Shown one piece after another: positions 60,641-64,000 of a DNA stretch of 64,000 nt. Both the position numbers and the translations under genes were made by a program. This DNA is from an uncultured Bacteroidota bacterium (GTDB lineage Bacteria > Bacteroidota > Bacteroidia > Bacteroidales > GCA-2748055). The stretch covers positions 298,480-362,479 of the forward strand of contig CAWCAK010000008.1 in NCBI GenBank assembly GCA_963793455.1, read 5' to 3'. Positions within the stretch are counted from its first letter, which is position 1. Each line of letters opens with the position of its first letter. The notes beneath the pieces are model-generated. The model was not told the DNA's origin, did no database searches, and worked only from the letters and a program-made list of their open reading frames with translations.

Positions 60641-63600
60641 CTATTCTGATTTGATCAGTTTCAGCTTCCTTACAAGGCTTCCATTACCCTCTACCGTAAT
60701 GAAATACATGCCGGCAGGCTCACCCTCCACTGAGAACATCTCGCTGGAGGAGACGGCGATCCTCTCCAGGACAACCGCACCCCGGGCACTGTACACACGG
60801 ATATGATCGCCCGCGGACAGACCCTCCAGGTGGAACATGCCACTGGTCGGGTTCGGATATACCCTCAGCTCTTCAGCCTGCAGGGGATCCATTCCTGTAA
60901 TGGAGCTGATGGAATAGTAGGCAACGGTAACCCCGTTCTCCGCGGTCACCTTCACCTGGTCACCTGAGACCACGATATCGGAAGACTGCTTGGCAACACC
61001 CTGTTCGTCAAGCACCTCAAGCGTTGACATGGGTGCTGCTACCAGGTTACCGGTCAGCGTGGTCACATCCGTATTGGCAGCCACGCCGGAAATAGACATG
61101 GCGATCTGGCTGACCTCATATACTTCAGAAGTCACATACGCCAGGTAATTGGCCAGTTCATCCAATCCGAGTATTACCAGGTTGTAGTACCGCTTGGTCA
61201 CCCCGTCAAGTGCGGTTACTTCCACGCGGTCGTCCATGTAGATGTTCCCGAAGGTCCTTTCAAAGCCATACTTGTCAAGGAGCCTGATGGTGGCACCTGC
61301 CGAAGGGGTCAGGCTGTTCAGGAGGGTCATCGCGTTGGTACCGCCAGGAACAAGCGAGATAACCGAGAGTCCCTGATCAACCTCGTAGAAATCGGAGGTA
61401 ACGAACAGGTCACCCTCCTCACTTACCGGCAACAGCTGGTACTTGATCATCGTCTTCAGGTCCTCGGCGGTCACCTCCAGGTAAATCTTGTCCGATACAT
61501 GAACGTCGACCTGGACCGTATCGAAGTTAAGCACCTTGAAGGGTACAAAGAAGTCCTTGTCATCCACAATGATCCATTCTGCTCCTGCAGGAACAACCAC
61601 GTTAGCCACCACGCCAGTGAGTGTCTCACCGTACGGGATATCCGTGACGAATCCTACCGAACCGGCAATGGTGATCTCGTATACATCCGAGGTTAGCACG
61701 GCATCGCTGCTCAAACCACCGGCGGTCACCATCAGATGATAGGTGGTCTCATGTTCCTTATCGGCAGAAAGCACTGTAAGGGTGGCACCCTCAGGAACCG
61801 GAGTCGAACCGGTGATCACAGTGCCTCCGGCATCCTTCACCGTGAGGGTTTGTCCCTCGTCCTTCTTGATGATGCCTGCCTCGAAATCAGTAACAGTGGT
61901 TCCGGTGACCACACCCCTGATCCTCAGGTTATCCCCCTGGTATCCATCATCGACCAGGTAGGTGGTGGAGATAACAAATGACATGAATGCGGTCACTTCA
62001 TCCATTTCGTGGGAGCCCAGCCAGCCCAAAACCCAACGCTGTGCATCACCCCAGCTGAGGAAATTGGAATAGGGTGGCTCTAACAGGTGTTTATCGGAGA
62101 ACAGGGCGTAAAACTCGCTGGAATCATTGGTAACCTTGGCTGCTTCAGAGAATCCCTCCGGCTTTCCTTTAAACACATGCATCTTCCTGAAGTGGGTAGC
62201 CTTGTGCCCCTTCACCTTCGGCTCATCGATCCCTGTCTGCATATCGCGGTTCATATAATCATACTTGTCCGATCCATCCATAAACCCGAAGATGTCGATC
62301 AGGGTGAAATCCTGCGGATCGGTGGCCGGTTTATCACCGTTGTAAACCGAGTCGTTATCAATCCTGAAAAGGTAGTAGTTGCCGTTCCACAGGTCGATGG
62401 CTGAACCATTCCTGGGATTTTCGAAATTCGAGAACGCCCAGTCGGTCCAGGGGTGCCATGTGGTATCCCTGAAGTTCACGTCGAACTGCGCCTGATTCCA
62501 GTGGTACAATCCATCATCCGCATGCGGAACGCGGTTACCGGCAGATGCCACTACGAAGACGTCCCCACCGTAAGTAATGGGATTCACCGTCAGGTCCTCC
62601 TTGAAGAGGCCTGGAGTGACCACCCAATCGCTGGAATCCACGAAACTCATCCCGGGAATGTACTTTCTGAACCTGTCGGCCCAGTCGGTAAATGAAGTGA
62701 CCACATCGGCCGGGGAGGTTCCCGGGGCAGCACTTGCGATCATGTAATGGCTCATGTTGATCTGCTCGGTACCCGGATTCATGTATTCAATGGCATTGTC
62801 CCAGTTCTCGTACTGCGCCTCGTTGCAATACTGCGAAATAAACGGTTGGGCACTCCATGGTTGCACAGCAATGGGGTCCTTCTCCTTCTCAAATACCACG
62901 AAATAGGTGATTTCGGAGGAATCGTCCTCGGCAACACAATGAAAGGTCATGGTCCGTTCTTCAAGGCTGCCCAACAGAGTCTTGGGCCTGGTTACCTCGA
63001 TCCGGGTATTTACGTTCACCGGCTTGGCAAGCAGGTGTGGAGTACCAGTGACATAATAGGGCACCTTGAGCGTATAGCTGGTATTGCCCGTAGAGAAATT
63101 GGGGATGGTATCACCTTTCCACCCGAAAGCATTGTAAGTGAACTCATCAATATCGGGCCACCTGATGCTGGCCAGGTTTGGATTCCTCGAAGCCCGGTAA
63201 ATATCCGTCTTGATATAATAGTCCTTCACATCACTGTTCTCGGCGGTCACCCTCAGCAGGTCCCCGTCTTTTACATCTGCCCTGACCTCATTATTCAATG
63301 TCACAAACTCCCAGGTGGCAGCTGGTGGTTTTTCCAGATAAAGTAACAGGCTATCCATGCGGGTCCCGTAAGGAATATCATAGATCGTATCCATGGCTAA
63401 GCCCTCTGTCACCTCATAGGGATTCCCACGGTGTACATTGTATAACATGGTTGTCCAGTTCATGCTGTTCTTGGGAACCACGATGTTGGCTCCCGGTTCG
63501 GGATCCCTGACCACCATCGTGAAATCTTTCACGTCCATGTCGTTTCCGCAGACATACACCGTGAGGATATCCCCGTTCCGGGCGGCCACGAAAGCCGAGT

Positions 63601-64000
63601 CCTCCCGCTCGGGAGAGAAGGTGTAGTGCCAGGCCACGCCCGGCTTGCGATCCATCTGGTACATGACCGAGTCGTTGTTCCTGAATCCCCAGGGTACCGA
63701 GATGGTCCCGGCCGCGTAATCCACCACCACGTCGGGATTGTGTGAGGTCAGCGTGTTCTCATCCAGGTTGTAATCATCATGGTTACCTACCGTCCAGAAA
63801 AGACCCCGATCGAAATCCTCAATAAATGGTGACAGGTTGGGAACCGGCATCCACTCCGATTCGGCCAGGTCGTTCCCGGCAGCGTTCTCCCAGTCCAGGT
63901 TCCCCTCCTTGACGGAAAACTTCCGTATCAGGTGGTGCGTTTCGGTGGCATTGTCGACCCCTGCCACCTGCCTGTGGCCCGTGATGGGCGCGGTGTTATC
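60641..64000 (-). CDS. Large T9SS type A sorting-domain protein with lamin-tail-like and repeated beta-sandwich/beta-grasp domains; 5' end outside the window
   Basis: Frame open to 64000. LTD-like FISQY...NAIEYMNPG...MSHY. Repeats (G/N)T.V..L...L...GD.L.VTAE. C-terminal VYPNPTSG...AGMYFI...KLIK. Confidence 0.8.
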   Translation of the reverse strand, partial: DNTAPITGHRQVAGVDNATETHHLIRKFSVKEGNLDWENAAGNDLAESEWMPVPNLSPFIEDFDRGLFWTVGNHDDYNLDENTLTSHNPDVVVDYAAGTISVPWGFRNNDSVMYQMDRKPGVAWHYTFSPEREDSAFVAARNGDILTVYVCGNDMDVKDFTMVVRDPEPGANIVVPKNSMNWTTMLYNVHRGNPYEVTEGLAMDTIYDIPYGTRMDSLLLYLEKPPAATWEFVTLNNEVRADVKDGDLLRVTAENSDVKDYYIKTDIYRASRNPNLASIRWPDIDEFTYNAFGWKGDTIPNFSTGNTSYTLKVPYYVTGTPHLLAKPVNVNTRIEVTRPKTLLGSLEERTMTFHCVAEDDSSEITYFVVFEKEKDPIAVQPWSAQPFISQYCNEAQYENWDNAIEYMNPGTEQINMSHYMIASAAPGTSPADVVTSFTDWADRFRKYIPGMSFVDSSDWVVTPGLFKEDLTVNPITYGGDVFVVASAGNRVPHADDGLYHWNQAQFDVNFRDTTWHPWTDWAFSNFENPRNGSAIDLWNGNYYLFRIDNDSVYNGDKPATDPQDFTLIDIFGFMDGSDKYDYMNRDMQTGIDEPKVKGHKATHFRKMHVFKGKPEGFSEAAKVTNDSSEFYALFSDKHLLEPPYSNFLSWGDAQRWVLGWLGSHEMDEVTAFMSFVISTTYLVDDGYQGDNLRIRGVVTGTTVTDFEAGIIKKDEGQTLTVKDAGGTVITGSTPVPEGATLTVLSADKEHETTYHLMVTAGGLSSDAVLTSDVYEITIAGSVGFVTDIPYGETLTGVVANVVVPAGAEWIIVDDKDFFVPFKVLNFDTVQVDVHVSDKIYLEVTAEDLKTMIKYQLLPVSEEGDLFVTSDFYEVDQGLSVISLVPGGTNAMTLLNSLTPSAGATIRLLDKYGFERTFGNIYMDDRVEVTALDGVTKRYYNLVILGLDELANYLAYVTSEVYEVSQIAMSISGVAANTDVTTLTGNLVAAPMSTLEVLDEQGVAKQSSDIVVSGDQVKVTAENGVTVAYYSISSITGMDPLQAEELRVYPNPTSGMFHLEGLSAGDHIRVYSARGAVVLERIAVSSSEMFSVEGEPAGMYFITVEGNGSLVRKLKLIKSE

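Noticed and set aside
1-64000. rRNA, tRNA, CRISPR arrays, phage or other defence genes
   Set aside because: Intergenic gaps are short, and no cloverleaf, rRNA-like or regularly spaced repeat pattern was seen by eye. Small structured RNAs could be missed without Infernal or tRNAscan.

Overview
The window is from a Bacteroidota genome: it has SusC/SusD pairs, T9SS C-terminal domains, TAnnTTTG promoter motifs and lipoprotein signals. It is probably an environmental long-read or MAG contig, because many genes are broken by indels, often in homopolymers. 1-7865 (+) is a visibly more AT-rich glycan/sulfate cluster: two Cys-type sulfatases, GH43, a signal-peptide DUF296 protein, an MFS transporter and a DUF5060/DUF4038 protein. 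8005-8896 is the standout. It is an 892-bp transposase-less element with perfect 13-bp terminal inverted repeats, a short transposase N-terminal remnant resembling IS1634 and a RelE/ParE toxin-antitoxin pair as cargo, flanked by an exact 157-bp direct repeat (long target-site duplication). 8975-13388 (-) is a three-gene operon: a DHSWG (tocopherol-cyclase/lipocalin-like) protein, a PEP-synthase/RPH/YvkC-like dikinase and a geranylgeranyl-reductase-like flavoprotein. 13.5-29.7 kb holds an S9 peptidase, an LsrG-like protein with a GPH sugar permease, a six-hairpin glycosidase-like protein, a ~1650-aa T9SS GH30 protein, a serine hydrolase, a PQQ-propeller protein, a SAM methyltransferase with an in-frame TAG, and a TsaA/TrmO-like protein. 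29.7-64 kb (mostly -) is a large polysaccharide utilisation locus: a giant T9SS protein, three fasciclin lipoproteins, two SusC/SusD pairs, two paralogous T9SS proteins with an uncharacterised enzyme-like domain, two GH97s, two DUF4832 paralogues, a PhoD-like protein and a divergent HTH-TM-PKD-lectin candidate regulator. No rRNA, tRNA or CRISPR array was seen. All family calls come from motif recognition by eye, not database searches.
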